The notes below the pieces were generated by a model. That model did not search any database and was not told where the DNA came from. It worked only from the letters and a program-made list of their open reading frames with translations. The position numbers and the translations under genes were made by a program. DNA of 52,400 bases from a virus (taxonomy: Duplodnaviria; Caudoviricetes), in the IMG/VR virus record IMGVR_UViG_3300036389_000002, positions 1 through 52,400 of that record; one strand, written 5' to 3'. Below, one piece after another: positions 38,699 to 48,455 of the stretch; positions within the stretch are counted from its first letter, which is position 1; each line of letters starts with the position of its first letter.

Positions 38699-39970
38699 AT
38701 GAATCGCGCCCTTTCAGTTTTTGCTCGTCCAATCCCATACCACAAGGAACTGCGCAACATAACGGGTTCTGTGCTTTCAGCTATCCTCATGCAGCAGTTA
38801 GAATTCCGCTTTGACGGGACTGGCGATGGGTTCTATAAATTTATGCAACCTTGCCAGCACAAAGCTTACAGAGAAGGCGACTCTTGGGAAGAAGAGTTGA
38901 ATTTTTCTGTAGGAGAATTTCGCACAGCCTTTGACCGAATTGGCATTCGTTATAAGTCAAAACGTGAATACTCTGTAGCTCTTGCCAAGGGAGAAGTGTT
39001 TGGCGAGGACAATAAGTATATGTACTGCTCTTATCACGACAAAATCAAAGGACTTACCTTTTACTTCCGCAATCATCAAAAGGTTGCTGAACAAGTGGAA
39101 GTTTTAACTCATGGGGAGCCTATTTACGTAACTAAGCAAAAGAAATCTACGGAAATGAAGAATCCTGATTCACGTAAATTAAAAATTGTCAGTTACGTAG
39201 CTGAGGAATCCTCCGATCATCTATATACAGAGAATACTTCAGAGAATAACTATCCAGAGAATACATACACAGAAGAGCATATGGAACTTTTTCAAGAAGT
39301 CTCTGAGTTAGTGTCGGATGAAATTGACTGGGACAGCATTAAGCTGTTAAATAACACAGAGGAGCAAAATTACGATCTCTCTTTTACTCCGGAAGAGCCA
39401 CCAGAAACTTTGATAGAAAACGAGATCACTCATGAGGACAAAATTCCCGCGCCCGCAGCAGCATCATTCGACAAAAGCGAACAACCGAACTATCAGCTAA
39501 TAGAAAGTGTTGAAAGCCTGCCTTTGATGCCTGGGAGCAAACGGCTAATCCTTCCTTGGGAAAACCCAGGGCACAGTCGCAACGACTTGTACAAATGGGA
39601 CTTTGCTGAATGGCTGTACACTTCTCACTTGAAACAATGCAGCACCTTTACTAAAGATGGGTTCCGAAAAAATAAAAATCGTGTGCGGAACTATCTTTTA
39701 AAAGCCCACAGCGACGCAACTAGATTGGAAACCCTTGCTAACTTTTGGAATGAATTTGTCACTAACTTGACCCCAGTAGTAACTTCTTCTCAATCCCCTC
39801 TAGAAAGCTTTCTAACCCGTTGCGGAGATGAATTAAGAAGGATTGTCCTTAGAAACAATTTCACACAAGCTGAGATTCAAAATATCGCCGAGTGCTGGGA
39901 AGCAGCTAACAAGGATGAGGAGTTAGTTATTATGATGATGGAGCGCTCAGGACTTATTGATGATTTTTGA
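38699..39970 (+). CDS. Phage replication initiator
   Basis: AILMQQL...FYKF...GDSWEEEL wHTH-like N-terminus; internal iterons. Confidence 0.8.
   Translation: MNRALSVFARPIPYHKELRNITGSVLSAILMQQLEFRFDGTGDGFYKFMQPCQHKAYREGDSWEEELNFSVGEFRTAFDRIGIRYKSKREYSVALAKGEVFGEDNKYMYCSYHDKIKGLTFYFRNHQKVAEQVEVLTHGEPIYVTKQKKSTEMKNPDSRKLKIVSYVAEESSDHLYTENTSENNYPENTYTEEHMELFQEVSELVSDEIDWDSIKLLNNTEEQNYDLSFTPEEPPETLIENEITHEDKIPAPAAASFDKSEQPNYQLIESVESLPLMPGSKRLILPWENPGHSRNDLYKWDFAEWLYTSHLKQCSTFTKDGFRKNKNRVRNYLLKAHSDATRLETLANFWNEFVTNLTPVVTSSQSPLESFLTRCGDELRRIVLRNNFTQAEIQNIAECWEAANKDEELVIMMMERSGLIDDF
39118..39272 (+). promoter_or_regulatory. Putative lambda-type origin inside rep
   Basis: Four iterons (39118, 39141, 39164, 39187; 23-bp period) then CAGAGAATA x3 A-rich tract. 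Confidence 0.7.
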
Positions 39971-40550
39971 TGTTTATGCAAACTTTTCAGAAGCCACTTA
40001 CCGAGGTGAGCACTATCCTTCACAAGCTGTTTTTTCCCATTTCATAAGTGCCAAACTGTCCTGGCTTGTCAACACTTTGTTCAGTAACCCTGATACACCA
40101 GAACTTTGGGGTTAAGAATCCTCTGGCTTGGTTTCTCATGGGTTCCCTGATTGGGTGAATTTGCGCCCAGTTAAACCAAATCAATGATCGCCCTTCGACT
40201 CACGCAAAATGCAAAGCGCCCAGAAACATTTCTAAGCGCTTACCCAAGAACTTGAAGCGATTCACCACCAAAGAGAACACATCAACATTCTAGGTACTTA
40301 CTTATTATACCATCCTGCCAGAGTATTGACTGGTATACCCAGTAATAAACCGTGATCTCCTATTTGCAAAACGAATCATCTTTGCAGCGATCGCATACTC
40401 AGCGGCATTATGCTCTTGTACCGCTAATTCCATCTGCTGAGTGGTTAAATGCAAGGTTTCTTTCAGCCTGTAGTTTTTCATAATCTTCCTCAACTTTTAC
40501 GGTTATCGTAACGTTACGCTAACCAGGCAGAAAAATATTTTTAGAACCGC

Positions 40551-40579
40551 TTGATTTATTATGCCCGATTGGGCATAAT
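40551..40579 (+). promoter_or_regulatory. Promoter with ATGCCC-N4-GGGCAT operator
   Basis: TTGATT-N17-CATAAT; operator 40561-40576. Confidence 0.65.
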
Positions 40580-40605
40580 AAATATCAACCACCAAAAAGA
40601 AAGAC

Positions 40606-41079
40606 ATGACACGTTTAACGATAGAAGGAATTAGTGCGCAGGTCAAAGAAGCAGGTTTAGAAATGAACGTCAACAAAAAACAAAAAAATCTGTATAAGTA
40701 TGTTGTAGTTGACGTGCAACTTAACCCTGTGTTTGGTGCGGACACGCTTGCTGACATTAGCCTGTTACTTGAGAACTACCTTGCTAATCTTCCAGTTGAA
40801 ACTGAAGCTGAAGCTGAGGATGAACCACTTGTTGAGCCAGTTTACACTTTGGGTGACTTTGAAGGCATTGAACGCGACGTGATGGCTGTAACTACTTGGT
40901 TCGCAGCTACACCACTGACCTGCGATGTTTTGAGCTATCAGTATTGTCGCCTGATTGACAAGCCACCCAGCTATTGGGATATTTGGTGGCTAACTTATGA
41001 CAGAGCAAAACGTCAACTTATTGGCGCGGTTACAGCCGCTAAACACACAGTTGTTTTGCCTAATTTCCAGGTCATTTAA
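40606..41079 (+). CDS. Hypothetical protein
   Basis: ORF after promoter. Confidence 0.6.
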   Translation: MTRLTIEGISAQVKEAGLEMNVNKKQKNLYKYVVVDVQLNPVFGADTLADISLLLENYLANLPVETEAEAEDEPLVEPVYTLGDFEGIERDVMAVTTWFAATPLTCDVLSYQYCRLIDKPPSYWDIWWLTYDRAKRQLIGAVTAAKHTVVLPNFQVI

Positions 41080-41269
41080 CCAAGAATTTGATATCTGCTT
41101 TGCGTTTTCATTCAAAACCGTTCGAGACAAATTGATTGAGCTTGGTTTCCTTGTAGCAAGTTCGCGTTCAAAGTATCACCTATCTCGCCTGGGGGAAGGC
41201 TACGCCGTAGAAATGGATTATGAGCGTTACTGGCATTTAAGTATCCTTAAGCTTTTGGAGAATTTATGA
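40997..41269 (+). CDS. Small wHTH-like protein
   Basis: KLIELGFL...YHLSRLG. Confidence 0.4.
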   Translation: MTEQNVNLLARLQPLNTQLFCLISRSFNQEFDICFAFSFKTVRDKLIELGFLVASSRSKYHLSRLGEGYAVEMDYERYWHLSILKLLENL

Positions 41270-41649
41270 TTTTAAGCTTTTCTATTACTTGCAAGCTTGC
41301 TGTACAGCATAAAGTTGCTGATCCTTTGAGAACAGGCATGAAAACAGTGTCTCGGCGCAACTGGTCAGACGCTCACGCAAACAAGTGGTTAAATGCTTAT
41401 CGTTCAGGGAAACATTTGCACTCTTGTTGGTCTAACGCGCCATTTGTGCATGGTGCTTGTTACTTGGGACAGATTCACCTATCTTGTGAGCCTTACCAGG
41501 AGATGTTGATTGATATGCCTGAATCAGACCTTGTGCGGGAGGGAGGTTTCTGGCAATCACGCGAAGATTTTATCCGCGACATCGGTAAAGATAACCCATA
41601 TAAAATTCTGTGGGTTGTCCGCTGGGATAAATTTTTCTTGGCTAATTGA
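41266..41649 (+). CDS. ASCH-domain protein
   Basis: GMKTVSRR and D..REGG motifs. Confidence 0.7.
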   Translation: MILSFSITCKLAVQHKVADPLRTGMKTVSRRNWSDAHANKWLNAYRSGKHLHSCWSNAPFVHGACYLGQIHLSCEPYQEMLIDMPESDLVREGGFWQSREDFIRDIGKDNPYKILWVVRWDKFFLAN

Positions 41650-41674
41650 CGCAATGCCCACTTGGGCATACAAT
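41646..41674 (+). promoter_or_regulatory. Promoter with operator
   Basis: TTGACG-N17-TACAAT; ATGCCCACTTGGGCAT 41654-41669. Confidence 0.7.
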
Positions 41675-41718
41675 GATCACAACGGATTTGAAGGAAAATA
41701 TTATGGAGACAAAGGAAT

Positions 41719-42306
41719 ATGAATGTTGAGATTGTCAAAGCAGTAACAAAAATGCTTTCTGATTTTAACAAATATTTTAGTTACTTGCATGGAAAAACGA
41801 ACATAGTAGAAATAGAGTTACCCAAGGAAGCCATTATGGTTTGGGTAAAGATTTTTGAAGGTTTAACGCGGGAAGAACGCCAATCTGCTATAGAAAAAGT
41901 CTACGAGCACTACAGTTATCATCCAACGCCGCAGCAGTTCCGTGAGTTGGTGAAAGAATCAGAAAGCGCGGATGCACTTTCTGAATGGATCGTTGTTCTT
42001 GATGCATTAAGAATGTCTGCTGACGATGCAAGAGATAGGGTTGAGTGCTTATCTCCTCATGCTCGTCGTGCTTTGCAGACAGTTGGTGGGTTATCTGGGA
42101 TTGGAATGTGCCCAGAAGCTGCTTTGCACAAATCTGTGAAAGAAGATTTTTGTTTGGCTTGGAAACTCATTAAGAATAGCACAATTCCTCACCCGTTAGA
42201 AGCGCAATTCAACCATACCAGAAGTGTTGAACCTGTTATTGATGTGAGTTCTCGCATAGGCGCTTTTTCTGCCAGCTTCGGTACTTTGAGTGATTCTGAT
42301 GGTTAG
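41719..42306 (+). CDS. Putative helicase loader/inhibitor-like protein
   Basis: W..IF...AI.......HPTPQQFRE motif. Confidence 0.55.
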   Translation: MNVEIVKAVTKMLSDFNKYFSYLHGKTNIVEIELPKEAIMVWVKIFEGLTREERQSAIEKVYEHYSYHPTPQQFRELVKESESADALSEWIVVLDALRMSADDARDRVECLSPHARRALQTVGGLSGIGMCPEAALHKSVKEDFCLAWKLIKNSTIPHPLEAQFNHTRSVEPVIDVSSRIGAFSASFGTLSDSDG

Positions 42307-42328
42307 CGTAACGTTACGGTAACGAGAG

Positions 42329-42562
42329 ATGAATGAACTTGTGAAAGAAATTCAGCACGATATATGTTACTTAAGGTCTAAGGGCAAAAATATTAATATT
42401 TTGCCTGTTTGTGACTCAATATTTGCGCTTTACATCAACAACAATTGTTACGGGAACTGGACAGTTATTGGACTAATTTCTATTATTGCCCAGTACAGGT
42501 GTAAATCGTATCCTGACTCATTTTTTGCCAGTTATGGCATTCCATTGCCAATGGAACTTTAG
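42329..42562 (+). CDS. Hypothetical protein
   Basis: ORF only. Confidence 0.45.
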   Translation: MNELVKEIQHDICYLRSKGKNINILPVCDSIFALYINNNCYGNWTVIGLISIIAQYRCKSYPDSFFASYGIPLPMEL

Positions 42563-42590
42563 CTTTAGGCTTGGTTGAATGGCAAATTAT

Positions 42591-42617
42591 AAAGAGCTAC
42601 TGCGCAGTAGCTCTTTT
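42591..42617. terminator. Terminator hairpin
   Basis: AAAGAGCTACTGCGCAGTAGCTCTTTT. Confidence 0.7.
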
Positions 42618-42702
42618 GTTGTTAACGTAAAATTACCATAACGGACTTGTCATTGTATGGCAAGTATGGCATACTAAAAGCACAGGTAATTTAAGGTAAA
42701 AT

Positions 42703-44958
42703 ATGACAAAGATAGAAATTATTCAGTCAGCAATCAAAAGCACTCAAGAAGAAATTGAGCAATTGAGAGCTAAACGAACAAGCAAAGCAAACACTCGAAA
42801 AATTGAAGAAGGCGAAATTAAGCTTGCAAACTTAAGTGCATTCTTCAATTTAGTAGAAAAAGGTGGATCTTTGGATAGCTTGTATGTTGCCAAAAGCATA
42901 GGTGAAGAAGTTCACAAGATTTACCAAGTTTTTGACAATGGCGAAGTAGAGCTTGAAACTTTTCAAGACGAAGTGTTTAAAGCTAACCTTAGCGACTTAA
43001 TGTATGACGAAAAAGCAACTAGTGAATCTCCCGCCATAGATTCAGTGGTGATTCTTAGGTCTGGAGAGGAGTGCAAGCTAGTGCGGTTGATTTACCCAGG
43101 GCAAATAGAAGTAGAAGGTAAGTCTGGCTTAATCCCATCTTCTGATTGGACACTTAGTAATGTTGCGGTGCCAGAAGAGTTCGCTGTGCTGCCACAACAA
43201 GAAGAAAATCAAACACAGCTTCCAGAAGGCGTTCCCAAAGTTGTTTTTTTGGATACTCCAATTGAAAAAATTGTTGGGAGTTACCGTTTTATTATTGGAA
43301 AAACAGAACAAGATGATTTCATTGGGCAGTTGTTTGAGGTTTTGTCTAAGCAAGAATCCCAACTTGTCATTCAAACCGAACCAAGCAAAAGGTTTCATTG
43401 GGTGCGCTCAGTTTTGGTTTTGAAATATCACCAAGACAAAAAACCATTGCAGGCAGGCGATAAACTGAATTTTGATCCTTGGTTACTGGCATTTCCTTCT
43501 GAAAATCAGGAAGCTTACCATCCTACAGATGACGAGGAAGACGTATCCGATATTCAAGAGGACTTAATGAGTGGTAAGCCAATTCTGCAAGCCGTTGGAG
43601 TTAGTACCAATGGAGAAACCTTCTCAGGATATAGGCGAACGCTTGCAGCCATAAACGCTGGTCTGGAAACAATTCCAATTGATGTGCGTCAATTTGAAAC
43701 GAGAGTGGAATTCATTGAAGCCTTATTTGATGCGAACAAGACTCGTGAAAAAACACCAGAAATTAAAGCACGTGAGCGTGACATTAGATTCAAGTATTGT
43801 TCCGAAGAAGCCAAGCAGGCACAGTTAGCGCGTTTGCGTGATCCTTCTGGTACAAAGAACCCACTTGCTTTAGGATCTGCTTGGGAGCGAACAGTTGCTA
43901 ATGAGCCAGATATTAGCCCATCGACAGCCGCTGCGCAATCTCGAATCCTTCAGTTTATTGATCATTCTCCTGATAGAGAGATGGCAACAAAAATCCGAGA
44001 AGTTTTTAACTCTGGGGACAAGAAAACAAAGACCTGCGAGGATTTAATTAAGTATAGCCAGCATGCTCCTGCTGATGCCAGAACTGCTGCGGATATGATC
44101 TTGAACGGGGATGCATCTAGTGTTCCTAAAGCGATCGCAAAAAACAACAAACTCTCCCCATTTGCCAAAAGAGAAACGCCAGAAGGTGTCCACATTCCTC
44201 CTAGTGGAACTATTCCACCTAATAGAGCAGAGTCTACCCAGTCATCTTCCCCTGTTTTGCCTCCTAATCTTATGCGCTTGGTTGCAAATACTCTGGGAAG
44301 AATTGACATTGATATTCTTAGTGCAAATGCTTCCTCAAATGCAACACATCATTTTACTGGCGCATCTGACAAATTAAACGCTTTAAAAGCTGATTGGCAA
44401 ATTCCTGGTAAGCGAGGTGCTTGTAAAGTATTTGGTTGCCTTTATGTTGATAATTTGCTTGAATGGATTCAAGCATTATCTGCGCAATGGGTTAAAGGCA
44501 ATATTGCAGAAGCTGTTATTTTTGTCGCCAACCCTGCTCTTAGTGTACGCAACGCTCTTAAAGGAATTGCTGCTGTTTCTGGTGAAATCTTGTTCCCTGT
44601 AGAACTTACCGTTGCAAATCAGTTTTATGCAAAAGCAGAAATGACGGTGTATTACCTGGGTGGTAGTTGGCAAAAGTTCGCCAACATCTTTGAACCATTT
44701 GCTGATGTCCGAATTAGACGCTGGGCATTTGAACCAAATATTACGCCACTTGCTTTTGACGATAGTGAATTGCATTGGCAAGAAAGCACCAACGGTTCCA
44801 GCGCTCAATACAAGGGCATGAGGCTTTCAATTATCGAAACGATGGATGGATCTTGGTATGCCGAAGTTAATGGGCAAAAAATCTCTGAAAACCTAGAAAG
44901 CAAAGCGCAAGCTAAAACCATTGCCGCAACCGCAGCAGATCAACTGAGTGCTGCCTAA
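42703..44958 (+). CDS. ParB/Srx-like domain fused to degenerate Dam-like domain
   Basis: FSGYRRTLAA...GLETIPI; LGRIDIDILS...HFT...NAL..DW...KVFGCLY. Confidence 0.6.
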   Translation: MTKIEIIQSAIKSTQEEIEQLRAKRTSKANTRKIEEGEIKLANLSAFFNLVEKGGSLDSLYVAKSIGEEVHKIYQVFDNGEVELETFQDEVFKANLSDLMYDEKATSESPAIDSVVILRSGEECKLVRLIYPGQIEVEGKSGLIPSSDWTLSNVAVPEEFAVLPQQEENQTQLPEGVPKVVFLDTPIEKIVGSYRFIIGKTEQDDFIGQLFEVLSKQESQLVIQTEPSKRFHWVRSVLVLKYHQDKKPLQAGDKLNFDPWLLAFPSENQEAYHPTDDEEDVSDIQEDLMSGKPILQAVGVSTNGETFSGYRRTLAAINAGLETIPIDVRQFETRVEFIEALFDANKTREKTPEIKARERDIRFKYCSEEAKQAQLARLRDPSGTKNPLALGSAWERTVANEPDISPSTAAAQSRILQFIDHSPDREMATKIREVFNSGDKKTKTCEDLIKYSQHAPADARTAADMILNGDASSVPKAIAKNNKLSPFAKRETPEGVHIPPSGTIPPNRAESTQSSSPVLPPNLMRLVANTLGRIDIDILSANASSNATHHFTGASDKLNALKADWQIPGKRGACKVFGCLYVDNLLEWIQALSAQWVKGNIAEAVIFVANPALSVRNALKGIAAVSGEILFPVELTVANQFYAKAEMTVYYLGGSWQKFANIFEPFADVRIRRWAFEPNITPLAFDDSELHWQESTNGSSAQYKGMRLSIIETMDGSWYAEVNGQKISENLESKAQAKTIAATAADQLSAA

Positions 44959-45008
44959 AAAATATCTGGTTATCGTAACGTTACGGTAACCAGTTTTAGA
45001 GGTGCTCT

Positions 45009-45299
45009 ATGAAAGAATCAACAAATATTTTAATTTCTGATTTAGAAGCAAAAGCTTTCAAGTCAGATTTCTCTTTGTATCATGAAGTTCTTAACAAAGC
45101 AAGAACAGGTTATTATCATTCCTGCAAAAGTCCTTTATCTGATCCTGAGCAGGCTTTGATTTTGGATTTAGTCAAGCTTGGTTTTTATGATTTGATTATT
45201 AAAGCGCATAGTGGCGCGTATGAAACGACTTTTGCCGAGGCGGATGTTTGGTTGCAATTAGATCTTAGCGTGGTAATGAAGTTTATTAAACAACAGTAA
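45009..45299 (+). CDS. Hypothetical protein
   Basis: ORF with SD GAGG. Confidence 0.55.
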   Translation: MKESTNILISDLEAKAFKSDFSLYHEVLNKARTGYYHSCKSPLSDPEQALILDLVKLGFYDLIIKAHSGAYETTFAEADVWLQLDLSVVMKFIKQQ

Positions 45300-45390
45300 T
45301 AAACAACAAGCAGTAATATAAAAAAGGAAGGTTTTAAACCTCCCTTGTTTTTTTCTTTTTATGTATGAAGGCTGTTAAGAGCAGCCTTTG

Positions 45391-46563
45391 CTAAAATCCT
45401 TTTACTGTAACCGCTTGAGTGTTTTTGTTTTGGCGTTTAAGAAAGTTGTGCTCAAGTGCATTAAGAACTCTGTTTTCAACCTGGGCTTTCCCGCCATGCC
45501 ACATGCTGTGAATGTGAGATTCTCCAGTGCTACGGCTATGGTGGTTAAGTTGTTCAGTGACACAGTTCAAAAGTTCCCACGCATTATTGTTGCTAGCCTC
45601 TAAGTGAGATCCAATGCTGGTGTGGTTAGCATAGTTATAATAAGCTTGCCGAACCAGTTTACTTTGGTCATAAAAAGACTTGAGGCGATCGCTGTTTTCT
45701 TCCTTGTCGCCTAGCGTTTCAATCAAGAAGTCTTTAGCCTCCCGATTGCTGATTGGAGTTTGTGCCAACTCATCAATCAACTGACCCAAGTTTGCGAAAT
45801 TGTTCTTTGAACTTTCCAGAATTGCGTTTACTGATGCTTTTGAAAAGGATTGATTATGCCCTATAGAGCGCGTACCAACGTTAACCTTGCGAGTGATACC
45901 GTTGCAGCAAACAAGCCGGACTGCGCTTAATTTAGCGGTAAGCCCTGCGCCATACTCGTGTGAGTTTGTGAGTATCAGGCGACCGCAAATGACATCATCT
46001 GTTCCCATGACTGCCCATGATTCATTAACAACCGCGCTGGCAAACACTAGGCGACCGTCGCGCAGACTGCCTAGGCGTTCCATTTCAATTCCTGCGATCG
46101 CACAAAACTCATCAAAAGCATTCACTACCTCACGATTTTGATAAGGCTGCCAAGTGTCGTTAGTAACGCCAAAGAGTAGCCCTGTATCTCCCCTATACAC
46201 TGCTTGCTGCTGCGTATTGAGAAATTCCATGTTTTTCCCGTATTTCATCAAAGATGTTTCAGTTTCCCAATTAAGCCCTGCGTGCTTAAGCTTCTCGTCT
46301 AAGCTCCACTCTGACTCAACTGCGACGCCCACTCCCTTGTAATAAGCATCGTTGATCATGCCTTTGTAACCATTTTGCTTAAAGCGCTCTTTAATCTCAG
46401 ATGCCGCTAATTTCACCTTGTCTTTGTCAAAGTGAAAGCCTTGCTCGTATTGCTCATTTTTAAGCGCTTCTGGCTTAAAATCAAACTCTAAGTTAAAGCC
46501 GCCATCTAAAGAAGCGTCTGAAATGCCATGTTCTTCAAAACTCATAGCTGAAATCTCATTCAC
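45391..46563 (-). CDS. DUF932 / LGT_TIGR03299-like phage-plasmid protein
   Basis: AGLNWE, YQNRE, GSL.DGR.VF, NSHE, RLVCCNG. Confidence 0.85.
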   Translation of the reverse strand: MNEISAMSFEEHGISDASLDGGFNLEFDFKPEALKNEQYEQGFHFDKDKVKLAASEIKERFKQNGYKGMINDAYYKGVGVAVESEWSLDEKLKHAGLNWETETSLMKYGKNMEFLNTQQQAVYRGDTGLLFGVTNDTWQPYQNREVVNAFDEFCAIAGIEMERLGSLRDGRLVFASAVVNESWAVMGTDDVICGRLILTNSHEYGAGLTAKLSAVRLVCCNGITRKVNVGTRSIGHNQSFSKASVNAILESSKNNFANLGQLIDELAQTPISNREAKDFLIETLGDKEENSDRLKSFYDQSKLVRQAYYNYANHTSIGSHLEASNNNAWELLNCVTEQLNHHSRSTGESHIHSMWHGGKAQVENRVLNALEHNFLKRQNKNTQAVTVKGF

Positions 46564-46572
46564 TACTTCTTT

Positions 46573-46601
46573 AGTATGCCCATATGGGCATGTATTGTCA
46601 A
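46573..46601 (-). promoter_or_regulatory. Promoter with perfect operator
   Basis: TTGACA-N17-CATACT; ATGCCCATATGGGCAT 46576-46591. Confidence 0.7.
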
Positions 46602-46660
46602 TGATTTTCTGGCTATTTTTTTATATTATGGTTATTGTAACGTTACGATAACCAGGTGAC

Positions 46661-47941
46661 ATGAAAGAGGTTAAATTAACGGATTTAAGCTTTGACCCCA
46701 AGAACGCTAATAAGGGCAGTGAGCGTGGACGTGGGATGTTAGAGGAATCTTTGCAGCAGCTAGGGGCTGGGAGGTCAATAGTTGTTGACAGGAATGGTGT
46801 GGTTATTGCAGGGAACAAGACTTTAGAAACTGCTGTGGAATCTGGGTTTTTGGATGGGATAGAGATAGAGACCGATGGGAGTAAGTTAGTGATTGTTCGT
46901 CGCAGTGATTTGGATTTGGCGACGGATGTTAAGGCAAAGCAGTTGGCAATTTGCGATAACAGGGTAAGCGAGGTTAGTCTTACATGGGATGCCGAGATAC
47001 TTAAAGAAATTAGTAAAGATGTTGACTTGAGTGCGTTCTTTACTTCAGACGAGCTAAGCGACTTGTTCACTGAGGAGGAGGAACCCAACGGCAAGGGAGG
47101 TACAGGCGATCCAGATGCGGTGCCGGGAGCAAAAGAGCTTAGATGTAAGCTCGGTGATATTTGGGAACTGGGCGAACATAAGCTGATAGTAGGCGACAGC
47201 ACTGACTCGGTCATAACTCGGACTTTGCTCGGAGATGAAAAAATCCAATTGATATGGACTGACCCGCCATACAATGTGGACTACGATCCAGAGGAAAGGA
47301 ATTGTAATTTTAGTGAGGAGCGCAAAACCAACCCACTGGGCAAGATTCAAAATGACAAGATGAGCGATGAAGAATTCCGCGCCTTTCTTGACAAAGCTTA
47401 CAGTCGCATGAATGAGGTGTTAGAACCTGGGTGTCCGATTTATATAACTCACGCCGACACTATGGGCCATCACTTTCGCAATGCCTTTGTGGCACAGCCG
47501 TGGAAGCTACAAAGCTGTTTAATATGGCTTAAGAACCACTTTGCTCTTAGCCGCTCCGACTATCACTGGCAGCATGAGCCAATACTTTATGGGTGGAAGG
47601 AGGGGGCGGCACATCGGTGGTATGGCGATCGCACCAAGACAACGATACTAGAATACTCGCCACCGCATTATGATAAGAAAAACTGTGATACTGACGGTTA
47701 TATTCACCCCACCCAAAAGCCAACCTCGCTCATAGAGTTTTGCATTGCCAACTCAAGTAAGGGCGGCGATTTGGTACTAGACCCGTTTGGAGGTTCGGGT
47801 AGCACTTTGATAGCTTGTCAGAACACCAATAGGCGAGCGCGGCTGGTCGAATTAGACCCGCGTTTCGCCAGCGCCATTATTGAGCGTTACGAAACGTACA
47901 CGGGCGACGTTGCCCACAAGATAGGCGAGATAAATGGATGA
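46661..47941 (+). CDS. ParB-like N-terminus plus N4/N6 DNA methyltransferase (beta class)
   Basis: IAGNK, TDPPY, HPTQKP, DPFGGSGS. Confidence 0.92.
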   Translation: MKEVKLTDLSFDPKNANKGSERGRGMLEESLQQLGAGRSIVVDRNGVVIAGNKTLETAVESGFLDGIEIETDGSKLVIVRRSDLDLATDVKAKQLAICDNRVSEVSLTWDAEILKEISKDVDLSAFFTSDELSDLFTEEEEPNGKGGTGDPDAVPGAKELRCKLGDIWELGEHKLIVGDSTDSVITRTLLGDEKIQLIWTDPPYNVDYDPEERNCNFSEERKTNPLGKIQNDKMSDEEFRAFLDKAYSRMNEVLEPGCPIYITHADTMGHHFRNAFVAQPWKLQSCLIWLKNHFALSRSDYHWQHEPILYGWKEGAAHRWYGDRTKTTILEYSPPHYDKKNCDTDGYIHPTQKPTSLIEFCIANSSKGGDLVLDPFGGSGSTLIACQNTNRRARLVELDPRFASAIIERYETYTGDVAHKIGEING

Positions 47942-48455
47942 GGATTTACAGTCTTGGGAAAGGCAAACGGGCGAATCCAATAAGGCGTGGGCGGCGTTCC
48001 AAGTTTTTAGGGACTTGGGCGGCAAACGCACTATAACAGCCGCGCAAGAGGTATTACAGCGCCCAATAGGTTATAGACGGACATTGGAGGAATGGTCAAG
48101 CCGATATAACTGGGTGGCGCGATGTCGTGATTACGACCAGTACATAGACCGTATAACTCGCGTTCAGCGTGAGCAAGTCAAGCGAGACGAGTACGCACGC
48201 AAAGTTGAAGCATACCGAGATGAAACTGAGCGCACAGCCAAGGCGATGGTATCAATGGGCGCACGGGCGATCGCAATCATTCAACGTGAGCTCGCCACGC
48301 GGCTACAGACCCCTGAAGTCCTAAAGTCCAATGAGCTAGCAGGGCTAATGCGAGCAAGTGTCATGGCGGTGGACGTGGGGTCAAAACTTCAGGCTGAATC
48401 TTTGGGTATAGACACTTTAGTGGACACGCTTGCCGATGAGAAGAACCAGCGATAA
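47934..48455 (+). CDS. Terminase small subunit-like
   Basis: WERQ.GES.KAW.AF..FRDLG...W..RY.WV.R; immediately upstream of TerL. Confidence 0.7.
   Translation: MDEDLQSWERQTGESNKAWAAFQVFRDLGGKRTITAAQEVLQRPIGYRRTLEEWSSRYNWVARCRDYDQYIDRITRVQREQVKRDEYARKVEAYRDETERTAKAMVSMGARAIAIIQRELATRLQTPEVLKSNELAGLMRASVMAVDVGSKLQAESLGIDTLVDTLADEKNQR

Larger units (their letters stand above)
1447..46652. repeat. 21 dispersed copies of 22-bp palindrome GTTANNGTAANNTTACNNTAAC
   Basis: Starts at 1447, 2988, 3689, 7079, 9999, 14600, 21890, 22235, 22717, 24042, 25079 (perfect GTTACCGTAACGTTACGGTAAC), 29173, 31369, 34871, 35270, 36918, 40502, 42302, 42621, 44969, 46631. Confidence 0.95.

Noticed and set aside
1447-46652. 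22-bp palindrome as NtcA sites or terminators
   Set aside because: The conserved core is GTA-N4-TAC, not GTA-N8-TAC; sequence-specific conservation, AT-rich stems and no consistent U-tail argue against terminators
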